Assembly: GCA_026708115.1 (NCBI GenBank)
Contig: JAPOVL010000050.1
Location: forward strand, 156,876-220,875
Source: Chloroflexota bacterium
Lineage (GTDB): Bacteria > Chloroflexota > Anaerolineae > Aggregatilineales > Phototrophicaceae
Reading direction: 5' to 3'
DNA: 64,000 nucleotides
A program made the position numbers and the translations under genes. The notes under the pieces were generated by a model. The model saw only the letters and a list, made by a program, of their open reading frames with translations. It had not been told where the DNA came from and ran no database searches. Positions 43,916-54,019 of the stretch are shown here, in pieces; positions within the stretch are counted from its first letter, which is position 1; every line of letters starts with the position of its first letter.

Positions 43916-44584
43916 ATGTATAGGCTTGCAATGGATGACACCGGCCAAGATGTAAGCGTGCCGGCGCCGCTCTTGTCGCTGGAAACACTGCGGCAGGCGC
44001 GGGACATGCCCTGGAAAGCGAGCAACGAGATCCGTCGCTGGCTGATCGCCCCAATGGCATGGTGGAGGCTGCGCGGGCTGCACGCAGGCGCGGGTTGGCG
44101 CTGCTATGGATTGCCGATAATCCAGCGGCACCGCCAAAGCGAGATTCGCGTCGGTCGTCGGCTGGCGCTTCGTTCGAGCGCGGCCAGCAACCCGCTGGGT
44201 CCCAATCGTCCGGTGATCATCAGCACAAGAAGGCCCGGCGCCAGCATTACGATAGGCGACGACTTCGGCATGACCGGCGGTTCGCTGGTCTGTGATGAGC
44301 GGATCCGCATCGGCGACCGGGTTTGGGTGGGTGCAAACGCGATTATCGCCGATAGCGATTTCCATCCGCTCGATCCCGAGAAGCGGCGGGCCCATCCTCT
44401 GGCTGCAAATACAGCGCCCGTCACGATCGAGGACGATGTCTTTATCGGCATGAACGCGCTCATTTTGAAAGGCGTGACGGTCGGAACGGGATCGGTGGTC
44501 GCCGCCGGGTGCGTCGTCGCGCGCGATGTGCCGCCCGGTAGCGTGGTGGCAGGCAACCCGGCGCGGGTCGTCCGCGAAGTGTAG
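43916..44584 (+). CDS. hexapeptide-repeat (LbH) acyltransferase
   Basis: IGDRVWVGANAIIA, IEDDVFIGMNALILKGVTVGTGSVVAAGCVV..DVPPGSVVAGNPARV. Confidence 0.85.
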   Translation: MYRLAMDDTGQDVSVPAPLLSLETLRQARDMPWKASNEIRRWLIAPMAWWRLRGLHAGAGWRCYGLPIIQRHRQSEIRVGRRLALRSSAASNPLGPNRPVIISTRRPGASITIGDDFGMTGGSLVCDERIRIGDRVWVGANAIIADSDFHPLDPEKRRAHPLAANTAPVTIEDDVFIGMNALILKGVTVGTGSVVAAGCVVARDVPPGSVVAGNPARVVREV

Positions 44585-44599
44585 TTTTCGCCCACTATA

Positions 44600-45367
44600 T
44601 CATTGGTAAACTATTTCATAAGACAGGGCAATGGAATCGCCCAGCAAAATGATATCGCCGTCGTTGAGCGGGGAGGGAGGACCAATCCTTCTGCCCGTGA
44701 CACGTACGCCGTTGGTGCTGTCCAGGTCCTCGATCTGATAACCTGCTTCTCGCCGCACTAGTCGCAGGTGATAGCGGCTGACTTGCGGTTCGCCGATCAC
44801 GATGTCATTGGCGCTATCGCGGCCCAATGTGACGATCTCCTTTTCCAGCCGGAACATGGCATTCTCGATGGGTCCGCGCCTGATGACGATCCAAAAGCCG
44901 GGCTCCTCGGGCATGACGCTTTTGTCAATGTCTGGCTGGGATTGCCGGGCAGGCGGGCCCGCGGTCGACCGCGCGGGAGCTTGGTCGACGGTCTTGCGGA
45001 AGGCCGCCATAAAGTGATCCCAAAAGTGGTTTTCGTCGGAAAAACTGCGGACGTCGAAGCGTTGGACATTAAGAAGACTCGGGTGCAATTGCACATCGTC
45101 GTAGACGATGGCGAAGACCGGTATATTGCTGCCCAGGGCGTAGGCGAATTCGTAAGTCAAGAGTATTGAGTCAGCCGCTTCGTCGGTCAGCAGGATGATG
45201 AGCGCATCGGCATGCCGAATCGCGGCATCCATTTCGACGTGCCAGGCTTGCCCGGCAACCGGGCTGCGGTCAATCCAGGGCCTATATCCTTGCGCGCGCA
45301 AGATCCGGCGCAACTCTTCGGCGCGGTTCCGCGCCGAGGGATCGTAAGACAGGTAAACATTCTTCAT
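44600..45367 (-). CDS. TIR domain - FHA domain fusion protein
   Basis: The N-terminus is VYLSYDPSARNRAEELRRILRAQGYRPWIDR...GQAW..EMDAAIRHADALIILLT.EAADS....YEFAYA....IPVFAIV (TIR_2-like, with the conserved Glu present). The C-terminus is TLGRDSANDIVIGEPQVSRYHLRL.....YQIEDLDSTNGV.V.G..I.....L.DGDIILLG, a canonical FHA. Confidence 0.8.
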   Translation of the reverse strand: MKNVYLSYDPSARNRAEELRRILRAQGYRPWIDRSPVAGQAWHVEMDAAIRHADALIILLTDEAADSILLTYEFAYALGSNIPVFAIVYDDVQLHPSLLNVQRFDVRSFSDENHFWDHFMAAFRKTVDQAPARSTAGPPARQSQPDIDKSVMPEEPGFWIVIRRGPIENAMFRLEKEIVTLGRDSANDIVIGEPQVSRYHLRLVRREAGYQIEDLDSTNGVRVTGRRIGPPSPLNDGDIILLGDSIALSYEIVYQ

Positions 45368-45715
45368 GGAGCTTCCTCGGCGGCCCGTCCACAGCGAAAT
45401 GGTTTTGCCACAAGCCTTGCCGGACAGGTATTGTCAGTTGCGGAATTGGAGAATTGCGGGCGATCTGGCAGGTCGTCCCTAGCCAATCGATTGTGTTTTG
45501 GGTTAATGGTCTCATGTCTAGAGTTGAAAATGTATTTCAGCCGAAACGGATAAACTAGCTTCGACTCTCTTGTTGATTATCACGTTCAGCGAGTTTTATG
45601 GCAAGTTCGGGACGGGCTAAGGGAGGCGCGTTTGGCGGGCCGCCGACTTCTGTTTGCCGCGCATGTGTCATACAATAGGAATTAGACGGGTATTGCCGCA
45701 AGTCATGGGGGACGT

Positions 45716-47278
45716 ATGGCGAATTGGGTTGAAGTGCTAAAGGCCGATCAGCTTGAAGAAAGCAAGGGCACCACGGTGTTTGTAAACGAGCGCGATATCG
45801 CGCTGTACAAGTATCTGGGCGATTTCTATGCTTTAGACAATCGCTGCATTCATCGGGATGGTCAACTGGGCGACGGCTACATGGAGGGACCCAATGTATT
45901 TTGTCCATTGCACAAATGGGATTACGATGTGCGGACCGGCGTCAGCCGCTATACCGAAGACGAAACGGTGCCGGTTTATCCCGTGCGCCAGGTTAACGGC
46001 AGGGTGGAAATCGACGCCGATGCCGTGCCACCCAAGCCGCGCTACGAAGGCGAGTATTTGGGTTTGTGGGCGAGGCGGAACGATCCGCTGGAAACCGAGA
46101 TGCACGATATCCACAGTTATTCGCGCGGACGACGCGCCTTTATCGAGGGCATGGGCAGCGAGAAGCGCGATTATGCCGGCTTAGGCGACTTGTATTTTCT
46201 GCCGGGTCAGCTGGCTGTACTGCCCTTGCTCGACGATGTGCCAATCAGCACGGAAACGGTCATCGCCGCCAAACGGAAGCAGCCCTTGAAGTTGCGAGCG
46301 CCGATATTCGTCAGTCATATGAGCTACGGCGCATTGAGCAAGGAGGCCAAGCTGGCGCTGGCGAAGGGCGCGGCCGAATTTGGCACTTTGATGTGTTCGG
46401 GCGAGGGCGGCATGTTGCCGGAGGCGCGGGCGGCTGCGGGACAATACATATTCGAGATGGCTTCGGGTTATTTCGGTTGGAACGAGGAGAACATCGCCAA
46501 GGCGGACGGCATTGAGATCAAGATGGGCCAGAGCGCCAAGGCAGGCTTGGGCGGATTGTTGCCCGGCCACAAGGTCACGGCGGATATCGCGGCGCTGCGC
46601 GGACTGCGGGAAGGGCAAGAAGCGCGCAGCCCATCGCGTTTCCCGGATATCCATACTGTGGCAGATATGCAAGAGCGCATAGACTGGATCCGCTCCGTCA
46701 AGCCCGACGTGCCCGTTGGCATCAAATTGGCGGCCAGCCGCATCGAGGCTGATTTGGCAGAGGCAGTGAAGCTGGATATTGATTGGATCACGCTTGATGG
46801 CCGCGCCGGCGGCACGGGCGCGGCGGCAAAGCATATCATGGACAATATCTGTGTGCCGACGGTTTTTGCCATCCCGCGGGCGCGCCGTTGGTTAGACGAC
46901 AATGGACACAGCGAGATCAGCTTGATCGCAACCGGTGGTTTGCGCACCAGCGCAGACGTGGCAAAGGCGCTGGCCCTGGGCGCGGACGCCGTTGCATTGG
47001 CAACGGCCGCGATGATCGCCATCGGCTGCAAGCAGTATCGAGCTTGCAGCAGCGACAGTTGCCCGGTGGGCATCGCCACACAGAAGATGAACTTGCGCGC
47101 GCGCTTCGATGTGGAGACGTCCAAGCAGCGGCTTGTGAACTTCTTCGAGGCGATGACAGAGCAGATGAGCGAGTTCGCGCGCATGTGCGGCAAGGGCAGC
47201 GTCCATGACCTGAGCTACGAAGACCTGGCGACGACGAGTCATGAAATCAGTCGTCATACGCCTGTGCAGCATGTATGA
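45716..47278 (+). CDS. Rieske [2Fe-2S] domain fused to a glutamate-synthase-related FMN domain
   Basis: The N-terminus has CIHRDG...CPLHKWDYD (CxH...CxxH). The remainder matches the GltB FMN-domain family (SHMSYGALS, GEGG, IKMGQSAKAGLGG.LPG, GGTGAA, ATGGLR). Confidence 0.85.
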   Translation: MANWVEVLKADQLEESKGTTVFVNERDIALYKYLGDFYALDNRCIHRDGQLGDGYMEGPNVFCPLHKWDYDVRTGVSRYTEDETVPVYPVRQVNGRVEIDADAVPPKPRYEGEYLGLWARRNDPLETEMHDIHSYSRGRRAFIEGMGSEKRDYAGLGDLYFLPGQLAVLPLLDDVPISTETVIAAKRKQPLKLRAPIFVSHMSYGALSKEAKLALAKGAAEFGTLMCSGEGGMLPEARAAAGQYIFEMASGYFGWNEENIAKADGIEIKMGQSAKAGLGGLLPGHKVTADIAALRGLREGQEARSPSRFPDIHTVADMQERIDWIRSVKPDVPVGIKLAASRIEADLAEAVKLDIDWITLDGRAGGTGAAAKHIMDNICVPTVFAIPRARRWLDDNGHSEISLIATGGLRTSADVAKALALGADAVALATAAMIAIGCKQYRACSSDSCPVGIATQKMNLRARFDVETSKQRLVNFFEAMTEQMSEFARMCGKGSVHDLSYEDLATTSHEISRHTPVQHV

Positions 47279-47343
47279 CACACAGGGCAATCTCATCAAA
47301 ATGACCATGCGCTGCGATGAACATGATACAGACTTAAAACTAA

Positions 47344-47392
47344 CCACAGCCGCTCGGCAGCAGCGAATCGTCCTGCCGCCGAGCGGCTGTGG
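47344..47392. terminator. long hairpin between convergent genes (likely terminator for the GT4 gene)
   Basis: CCACAGCCGCTCGGCAGCAG-CGAATCGTC-CTGCCGCCGAGCGGCTGTGG has 19 of 20 positions paired. On the minus strand it is followed by TTAGTTTTAAG. It is built from an inverted pair of the GCCGAGCGGCT motif that ends repeat families E and F. Confidence 0.55.
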
Positions 47393-47431
47393 TGAAAAAA
47401 CAATTTGTTGCAATTGCCCAGTCTTGGCAAT

Positions 47432-48601
47432 CTATCTCCGTAGTTGCCGGGTGTAGCCCTTATACACCGCAACTGTCCCGGACACCATGCGCTCGACGTT
47501 GAAGCGTTCTTCCAAGCGGGCGGCGCCGAGCAATCCCATATGCTGGCGCAAGGCATGGTCTTCCAGCAGTCGCGCCATGGCTGCTGCCAGGGCATCGACA
47601 TCGCGCGGCTCGACGAGCAGCCCAGTCTGGCCATGCGCCACAACCTCGGGAATGGCGCTGACGCGATTCGCGATCACGGGCACGCGCCTTGACATTGCCT
47701 CTAGCAGGACCAATCCAAATCCCTCCCACAGGCTGGGCATCAGCAGCGTGTCAAAGGCGCCGATCAACTTGAGGGCGTCGCCGCGCCATCCCAGCCAGTG
47801 AACGTTGGCGTCGATACCGAGTTCCCGCGCGAGCGCTTCGAGTTGAGGACGCAGGTCGCCGTCGCCGGCAATGATCAGGTTGGCTGTCGGGAATCGGTCC
47901 CGGATTTGCCGAAAAGCTCGCAAGGCGTAGGGGATGCCCTTTTGTTCTACGATGCGACATACCATGCCGAGCAGCAAAGCGTCAGAATCGAGGCGCAGCT
48001 CAACGGACAAATTGCGGCGAGCGGCGCGGAGTTCTTCGTCGGCAATCCATTTGTGTTCCAAGCCATATTGGACCACATTTATCTTTTCGTCTGGCGCGGC
48101 TTCGACCTCGATCATGAAATCTCTGATCGCCGCGGAAATAGCGATGCCGCCGCTGGTCAGGCGCCATAGCGCCGGGCTGATGCGCCGCCACATTGGGTGG
48201 AAACGGAATTGATCATCGTTGTGACGGCTGCTGATTACGGTCCGGATGCCGGCAAGCTTGGCGGCGAACAAGCCGTAGAGGTCGGCATGGATCAAATGCG
48301 TGTGCACGATATCCGGCTTGATCTGGCGCAAGACGCGGCGAATCTTGAATAGCAGGGTCAGATCATAGTCGCGATGGATTGTCAAGCGGCGCAGGGGGAT
48401 GCCGCGGTCTTTGGCGGCGCTGACCATGTCCGTCATGGGTTTGTCAGCTTCGACCAGGATAAGCAAATGCGCGTCGACATCGCGCTGGCGCAAGGCGCTC
48501 AAGAGAACCAGCAGATGGCGTTCGGCGCCACTGATTCGCGTAACTTTTATGACGTGCGCGACGCGCATGAGACGCTCCGATGGTGGGCGCTGGCGCGGCA
48601 A
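47432..48601 (-). CDS. GT4 family glycosyltransferase
   Basis: RVAHVIKVTRISGAERH at the N-terminus and PSLWEGFGLVLLEAMS...PVIA (E-x7-E) in the C-terminal half. Confidence 0.9.
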   Translation of the reverse strand: MPRQRPPSERLMRVAHVIKVTRISGAERHLLVLLSALRQRDVDAHLLILVEADKPMTDMVSAAKDRGIPLRRLTIHRDYDLTLLFKIRRVLRQIKPDIVHTHLIHADLYGLFAAKLAGIRTVISSRHNDDQFRFHPMWRRISPALWRLTSGGIAISAAIRDFMIEVEAAPDEKINVVQYGLEHKWIADEELRAARRNLSVELRLDSDALLLGMVCRIVEQKGIPYALRAFRQIRDRFPTANLIIAGDGDLRPQLEALARELGIDANVHWLGWRGDALKLIGAFDTLLMPSLWEGFGLVLLEAMSRRVPVIANRVSAIPEVVAHGQTGLLVEPRDVDALAAAMARLLEDHALRQHMGLLGAARLEERFNVERMVSGTVAVYKGYTRQLRR

Positions 48602-48642
48602 CTGTAGCAGAGGGCGTCGTCTGCCGCTAGTTTGATGTCAGC

Positions 48643-50007
48643 TCAAGGCAGGGCAATTTCCTGTGACAGCGGGCCCGTGAGCCCGCGCGCATCTTTGGCT
48701 GCGATGGCGATGCCGCTGTAAGCGGTGAAACCGTCCCATACCAGGCTGGTTTCGTTATGCGCAATCTGTCGCTCGTAGAAAAGCCCACCCGGGCGGCGCA
48801 GGGCGATAATGTATCCTGCGGCTGCGGCCACCGGTTCCCAAACCAGTTCGGGCTGGCCTGCGCCGGTTCGCAAGACGATGTTTTGCGGCGGACGCGGACC
48901 GTCGGCGAGGGCGGTCAAGAGCGCAAGGATCGCCTTGGTGGCGTCCCGGAGGTAGCCGGCTTCGATGTATTCGATGGTATCTGTCGGGTCGCCATTGAGT
49001 TTCTCTTCGTAGGCGTTGATGATGCGAACCGCCGGATAATCCAACTCGCTGAAAGAAAAGTGATCACCATAGCGGTTTTCGCGATCAATCGCGTCTTGCA
49101 CGACCAAGTCCAGATTGACGCCGTAGTTGAAGCCGATGAAATTAACCATACGCGCTAAACGGCGCGAATCAGAAGTTTCGTTTGGCCCGGCGGAAAAGAC
49201 GCGCAATTCGCGGTCGTTAACCAGTCCGTTTCGATCATGGACATTGCCGATGGTATCGACATTAATCATGCCGATAAGATCGGTTTGATCCTCACGAATC
49301 CAGGAGGCGAAGGCTTTGCTGCCTTGCCTGCCAACCTCCTCGGCGGAAAAAAGGACAAACATGATGGTGGCTTTGTAGCGCGCCTGGCTCATGATGCGCG
49401 CCAATTCCAGCACGGCCGCGACGCCGGATCCGTTGTCGTTTGCGCCGGGCGCGAATACATCAGTTGAGTCGAGCGGACGGCCGATGCTATCGTAATGAGC
49501 GCCGACCAGAACTGTGCCGGCCCCGACTTCTGTACCTTGAATGACGGCGACCAGGTTGGCTTGCGCGCGCCGCTCGCCGTCAGGGGTGACTGATTCAAAT
49601 GGCAGGTCAAATGTGTATAGATTGCCGCTGGATGCCTGGCGATAGGTCTCGAATTGACCGGCAATATAAGCCCTTGCCGCGCCGATGCCCCGATTGGTTG
49701 AAGCTTGGGCCGAGTTAACATGCCTGGTATAGAAATCTTGCAGGGTGCGGATGTGCGTCATCAGGCGGTCGGATTCCACTTGATCCAGAATGCGATAGAC
49801 TTCTATATCGGAGGGCGCGGCCGGCGTTGCGCCAATGCCCGGCACGCGCGCAGGCCCTGCGGCGACATATCCCAGCGTGGGCGGCGGGGTCCGCGTCGAA
49901 AGAGGCGCCAGCGTAGGCGGCGCGTTCTCGCCGGTACCAAGGTTGCAGGCGAGCAGCAGCAGCAAGAAGCCGAGCAAAATGGCGACAGTGTTACGATGCG
50001 CACTCAT
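48643..50007 (-). CDS. M28 family aminopeptidase lipoprotein with an FN3-like C-terminal domain
   Basis: GAHYDS, GANDNGSGVAAVLELAR, FSAEE and GDH. The ATG at 50007 gives the lipoprotein signal MSAHRNTVAILLGFLLLLLACN. The track ORF extends to a TTG at 50094. Confidence 0.85.
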   Translation of the reverse strand: MSAHRNTVAILLGFLLLLLACNLGTGENAPPTLAPLSTRTPPPTLGYVAAGPARVPGIGATPAAPSDIEVYRILDQVESDRLMTHIRTLQDFYTRHVNSAQASTNRGIGAARAYIAGQFETYRQASSGNLYTFDLPFESVTPDGERRAQANLVAVIQGTEVGAGTVLVGAHYDSIGRPLDSTDVFAPGANDNGSGVAAVLELARIMSQARYKATIMFVLFSAEEVGRQGSKAFASWIREDQTDLIGMINVDTIGNVHDRNGLVNDRELRVFSAGPNETSDSRRLARMVNFIGFNYGVNLDLVVQDAIDRENRYGDHFSFSELDYPAVRIINAYEEKLNGDPTDTIEYIEAGYLRDATKAILALLTALADGPRPPQNIVLRTGAGQPELVWEPVAAAAGYIIALRRPGGLFYERQIAHNETSLVWDGFTAYSGIAIAAKDARGLTGPLSQEIALP

Positions 50008-50126
50008 GAGGGTGATTTTAGCATAGTTCGCCTGTTGCGAAGTCGCCGTAGACGAAGCGTCCGAGAACAGTATGATTGCCAAATGCGCCGACAAGAATAG
50101 CTGGCGAGACAGATTAGCTTTTAATA

Positions 50127-50204
50127 GGCCGCGTCGCTCATGCGACGATGTTTTGCGAGCGCGACATGCTTGTGTACGATTGGCCGATTAGGCGCCGAGC
50201 GGCT
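50127..50204 (+). repeat. repeat family E, partial copy 3
   Basis: GGCCGCGTCGC-TCAT-GCGACG...GGCGCCGAGCGGCT. Confidence 0.7.
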
Positions 50205-50281
50205 CTGATGTCGATGCAGACAACGGTCTTTTGTTCAGGGGTTTAATGTCGTTCACGGAGCTATCGGGGGGAGCGAGGAAC

Positions 50282-51265
50282 ATGGACATATTGATCATCG
50301 GCGGGACTATATTCCTGGGGCGCGCTTTGGTCGAGGCGGCGGCCGCTCAAGGACACAGGGTTACCTTGTTCAATCGCGGACGAAGCGACCCGGCTGCCTT
50401 CCCCGAGATTGAAACTATCATAGGCGATCGTGAAAGGGATCTGGACCTGCTAAAGGGACGTCGCTGGGATGCCGTCATAGATACCTGCGGATATGCGCCG
50501 CGCTCGGTCGAATTATCAACGGAGGCGCTGAAGGGCGCCGTCGAACACTATACCTTCATTTCTACGCTTTCTGTTTATCCGCTGCAAGGCGCCGCGAAGC
50601 GCGACGAAGAATCGGAAGTTCTTCCTTACGACAGTGCAATGCCCGAGGAGGTAAATGGTTCCAGCTACGGGCCGTTGAAGGTCGGCTGCGAGCAAGAGGT
50701 GCAGCGGGCATATCCCGGGCGCGCGCTGATCATTCGGGCTGGTCTCATTGCCGGACCTCACGACCCGACAAATCGCTTCACTTATTGGGTCACACGGACC
50801 GCCAAAGGAGGCGATGCCATCGCGCCGCCAGTTGACCAACCATTGCAGTTTGTCGATGCGCGGGATATCGCAGAATTCACCCTGCGGCGGACCGAATCGA
50901 TGACCGACGAGATCTACAATGTAACGGGCCCCGCGCAGCGTTTAAGTTTTGGCGAATTTCTGGCCGGCGCAAAGGAGGCGCTGGGCAGCGATGTCCGGTT
51001 TCGGCATGTGAGCGACGCCTTTCTCCAGGAGCAGCAAGTAGGGGAGTTTATGGAGCTGCCGCTGTGGGTCAATCAAGAGTTGGCGGAAAGCTTCATGACT
51101 TTTGATTGCACGAAGGCCTGGCGCGCCGGCTTGCGCTTCCGTCATCTGGAGACGACCGTAATCGATACTTACGAATGGTCGAAGTCGACGCCGGAGGATA
51201 TCACAAAGCCGGCGGATCTTGCCCCCGGCAAGGAGCAAGCGTTACTTGCCGCAAGCGCAGGTTAG
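50282..51265 (+). CDS. NAD-dependent epimerase/dehydratase (SDR) family
   Basis: MDILIIGGTIFLGRAL is a Rossmann motif. The ATG at 50282 is preceded by a G-rich SD. Confidence 0.85.
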   Translation: MDILIIGGTIFLGRALVEAAAAQGHRVTLFNRGRSDPAAFPEIETIIGDRERDLDLLKGRRWDAVIDTCGYAPRSVELSTEALKGAVEHYTFISTLSVYPLQGAAKRDEESEVLPYDSAMPEEVNGSSYGPLKVGCEQEVQRAYPGRALIIRAGLIAGPHDPTNRFTYWVTRTAKGGDAIAPPVDQPLQFVDARDIAEFTLRRTESMTDEIYNVTGPAQRLSFGEFLAGAKEALGSDVRFRHVSDAFLQEQQVGEFMELPLWVNQELAESFMTFDCTKAWRAGLRFRHLETTVIDTYEWSKSTPEDITKPADLAPGKEQALLAASAG

Positions 51266-51843
51266 CCGCTGCCGGCGTCTTCAACTACCTGGCAAATGCG
51301 AAAATCGGATGATTCCATCTCAATAAATGATGGCATCTTCAGCTTTCGCCAAAGGTCGTAACTGTCGATGGCGTTGTAGTGCGCGGCAAACAATACTGCT
51401 ACCGTACCATGCGCAATGACCACGATATTTTCTGCGGGGCGCGCAATTTCGATCAGGGACAAGATGCCGCGTTGGAAGCGTTGTCTGGCTTGAGTCGCGG
51501 TTTCATCGCCGAAGACGAGTTCATCCGGCGCTTCAAAGAGCCGCTTGATGCGCGCGTCAAATGACGCAAGCGAACCGTAGGGAGCGTTTGTTCGGCGGCT
51601 GTGTTCGGCGAGCAGGGGATTTTCAATTACAGGAATATTTTCAAGGTCCGCGGCGACAGATCTGGCCGTTTGCAGGGCTTTGGGCATGGAACTGCTGAAT
51701 AGTCGGCGAGGTCGATAGGCGGCAAGGCGCTTCGCCAAGGGCTTGCAGCGTTGATAGCCTTCCGGGGTTAGTTCCCAGTCTTGCGCCGGCTGCGTTGGAT
51801 TATGATTGCTGTTGCTGTGCTTAACCAGAACCAGTTTTGCCAT
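51262..51843 (-). CDS. histidine phosphatase (phosphoglycerate mutase-like) family
   Basis: LVLVKHSNS (an RHG-like motif) and VVIAHG. Its 3' end overlaps the convergent epimerase gene by 4 nt. Confidence 0.75.
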   Translation of the reverse strand: MAKLVLVKHSNSNHNPTQPAQDWELTPEGYQRCKPLAKRLAAYRPRRLFSSSMPKALQTARSVAADLENIPVIENPLLAEHSRRTNAPYGSLASFDARIKRLFEAPDELVFGDETATQARQRFQRGILSLIEIARPAENIVVIAHGTVAVLFAAHYNAIDSYDLWRKLKMPSFIEMESSDFRICQVVEDAGSG

Positions 51844-51961
51844 ATCCGACGATTCATCATGGGTCTACTGCCGCTCGGCGCGCAACCGGCTAAGGAGCCC
51901 CGAGCATGTCGCGCCCAGGCATTGGGATGCGCGTTGCAATGGGCCTAACGGTCGAATCCGG

Positions 51962-53047
51962 CTAATCGAGATAGTCGCGCAATTTACGACTGCGGCGCGG
52001 GTGTCGCAGCCGGCGTAAGGCCCGACCTTCAATCTGGCGAATGCGTTCGCGGGTCAAACCGAATTTCTGGCCGACCTCCTCCAGCGTATAGCTATGTCCA
52101 TTCTGCAAGCCAAAACGCAGGCGCAGGATACGCGCCTCGCGCGGGGACAATGTATTGAGCAGTTCGTCGATTTTCTCTTTGAGCAGCTTGTTATAGGCGC
52201 TATCCGATGGTGTTGGTTCGCGGTCGTTTTCGATGAAGTTACCGAGTTCGCTGTCGTCGTCCTTGCCCACCGGGTGTTCGAGGCTGAGCGGCTGCCAGGA
52301 GACCTTGAGCATCCATTGCACCTTGCGCGGCTCGCAGTCCATGATTTCGGCGATTTCTTCGACAGTTGGCTTGCAGCCGCGCTGCTGTTCGAGGTCGCGG
52401 GCGACGCGGTACAACTGGCGAATGCGATCGGTCATATGGACCGGAACCCGGATGGTACGGCCCTGATCGGCGATGGCGCGGGTAATCGTTTGTCGGATCC
52501 ACCAGGTGGCATAGGTGCTGAAGCGATAGCCGCGGTGATAGTCAAACTTTTCCACAGCCTTCATCAGACCGAGGTTGCCTTCTTGGATCAAGTCCAGAAA
52601 GGGAACGCCGCGCGACATATACTTCTTGGCGATTGATACCACCAGGCGCGTATTAGCTTTGATCAAGTGCTCGCGCGCGTTCAGGCCGTCTTGGACCAGG
52701 AATTTCCATTCGGCGCTACGAATATGATCGTTGCTGCGGGAAAGCTGGGCCTCGGCGCTGCGGCCGGCCTCCAGTCGCATGGCAAGCTGAACTTCTTCTT
52801 CAATGGTGAGGAGCGGCACACGGGCCATCTCCTTGAGGTAGAGGCCGACGGTATCGTTAGAGGCTATTTCGCCCAGGTCGTGGTCGTCTTCGTCCTCTAC
52901 CAGATCGACGTCGTCTTCGTAAGCTTCGGCGAAGGCGTCAATGTCTTCGTCGAAGAAAAGTTCAAAATCTTCCTTCTGACCCTTATCCTCATCAAGATAA
53001 GTAATCAGACCAATATCAGGTTCATACCTGTCATCAAAATCACTCAC
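51962..53047 (-). CDS. rpoD: primary RNA polymerase sigma factor
   Basis: Acidic region 1.1, then [65 protein letters not shown] and [20 protein letters not shown] start with GGAG upstream. Confidence 0.95.
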   Translation of the reverse strand: MSDFDDRYEPDIGLITYLDEDKGQKEDFELFFDEDIDAFAEAYEDDVDLVEDEDDHDLGEIASNDTVGLYLKEMARVPLLTIEEEVQLAMRLEAGRSAEAQLSRSNDHIRSAEWKFLVQDGLNAREHLIKANTRLVVSIAKKYMSRGVPFLDLIQEGNLGLMKAVEKFDYHRGYRFSTYATWWIRQTITRAIADQGRTIRVPVHMTDRIRQLYRVARDLEQQRGCKPTVEEIAEIMDCEPRKVQWMLKVSWQPLSLEHPVGKDDDSELGNFIENDREPTPSDSAYNKLLKEKIDELLNTLSPREARILRLRFGLQNGHSYTLEEVGQKFGLTRERIRQIEGRALRRLRHPRRSRKLRDYLD

Positions 53048-53108
53048 GATCTCCCCCCAAACATGTGGCGAGCGCGATCAGGAACTCGCTCTCGCAGTTG
53101 TTACAGTA

Positions 53109-53690
53109 TTATCCTTTTTCGTCCAGCAACTGCTTCAAGATCGACAGCCGCGGATCACAGGCCGCGTAACTCCCCAAGTCTTGACTGTCGTCTATGGCAG
53201 AATCGGACTCATAGTTCAGATTAACACCACTCTCGGCACTCAATCCGCGACAGTTGTCGCGGCAAACGGCGCGATAGCTCTCTTCGATGATAACTTCTTC
53301 TCGTAACAAATGTCCAAGATCAATTTCACCGCTGCTATCTACACTAAAGACAGTTTTATTCGGGTCGGCGGGCGCTGCAAACAACTCCGCTAGCGGAACG
53401 GAAAACTCATGTACGAAGTCTTCCAAGCATCGGTCACATTCCCGCAGATGATACACTCGCAATGTACCCTGAACCAGGATACCCTCTTTGGTGCGCGTCA
53501 AGGTCAGGTTGCCCGATAGTGATTCCAGATACAGGTCTTGATCGACGTGCAGCCGCTGTGGAATGTGAATCGGAATCGCTTTTGAGTTGCCCGGTCCTTC
53601 CGATAATAGAAACCCTACTTGTAGCTTGAGAAGTCGCTTGTTAAGATAACCGCTGCTAGCCGTACTCACCCGCGATACTCCTCGTAGCAA
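53109..53690 (-). CDS. yceD: YceD / DUF177 family protein
   Basis: It has the two-Cys C-terminal pattern (C.R.CLEDF ... CRDNCRGLS) and the overall size typical of DUF177. The TTG start is uncertain. Confidence 0.75.
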   Translation of the reverse strand: MLRGVSRVSTASSGYLNKRLLKLQVGFLLSEGPGNSKAIPIHIPQRLHVDQDLYLESLSGNLTLTRTKEGILVQGTLRVYHLRECDRCLEDFVHEFSVPLAELFAAPADPNKTVFSVDSSGEIDLGHLLREEVIIEESYRAVCRDNCRGLSAESGVNLNYESDSAIDDSQDLGSYAACDPRLSILKQLLDEKG

Positions 53691-54019
53691 CGTCGCTTTG
53701 AAAGTTGTATTATGTACGCCTAATTCAAGCCTTTAGCATTATATGCAACAATTGTATACAATGTCAAGCAGATAGGACTGAAATGAACGAAAAACAAACT
53801 TATAGGCCTTTAGCGCAAATTATTTGAGACAGGGACCCACTTGTTTTCCGGTTAAAGGTATAATCCAGGCGCGGCAGCACACTTAGAATATTGAGTGCTT
53901 CGAGTTACAAAGCGATGTCAGGCACCCTAATATTTGTATCCGAGCGGCGATTGTTTTCGTCGCTAGTCTTGGCACTTTCATCTTACCAAATAGTTGAGAT
54001 TACATGTAATCAGGGTTTC

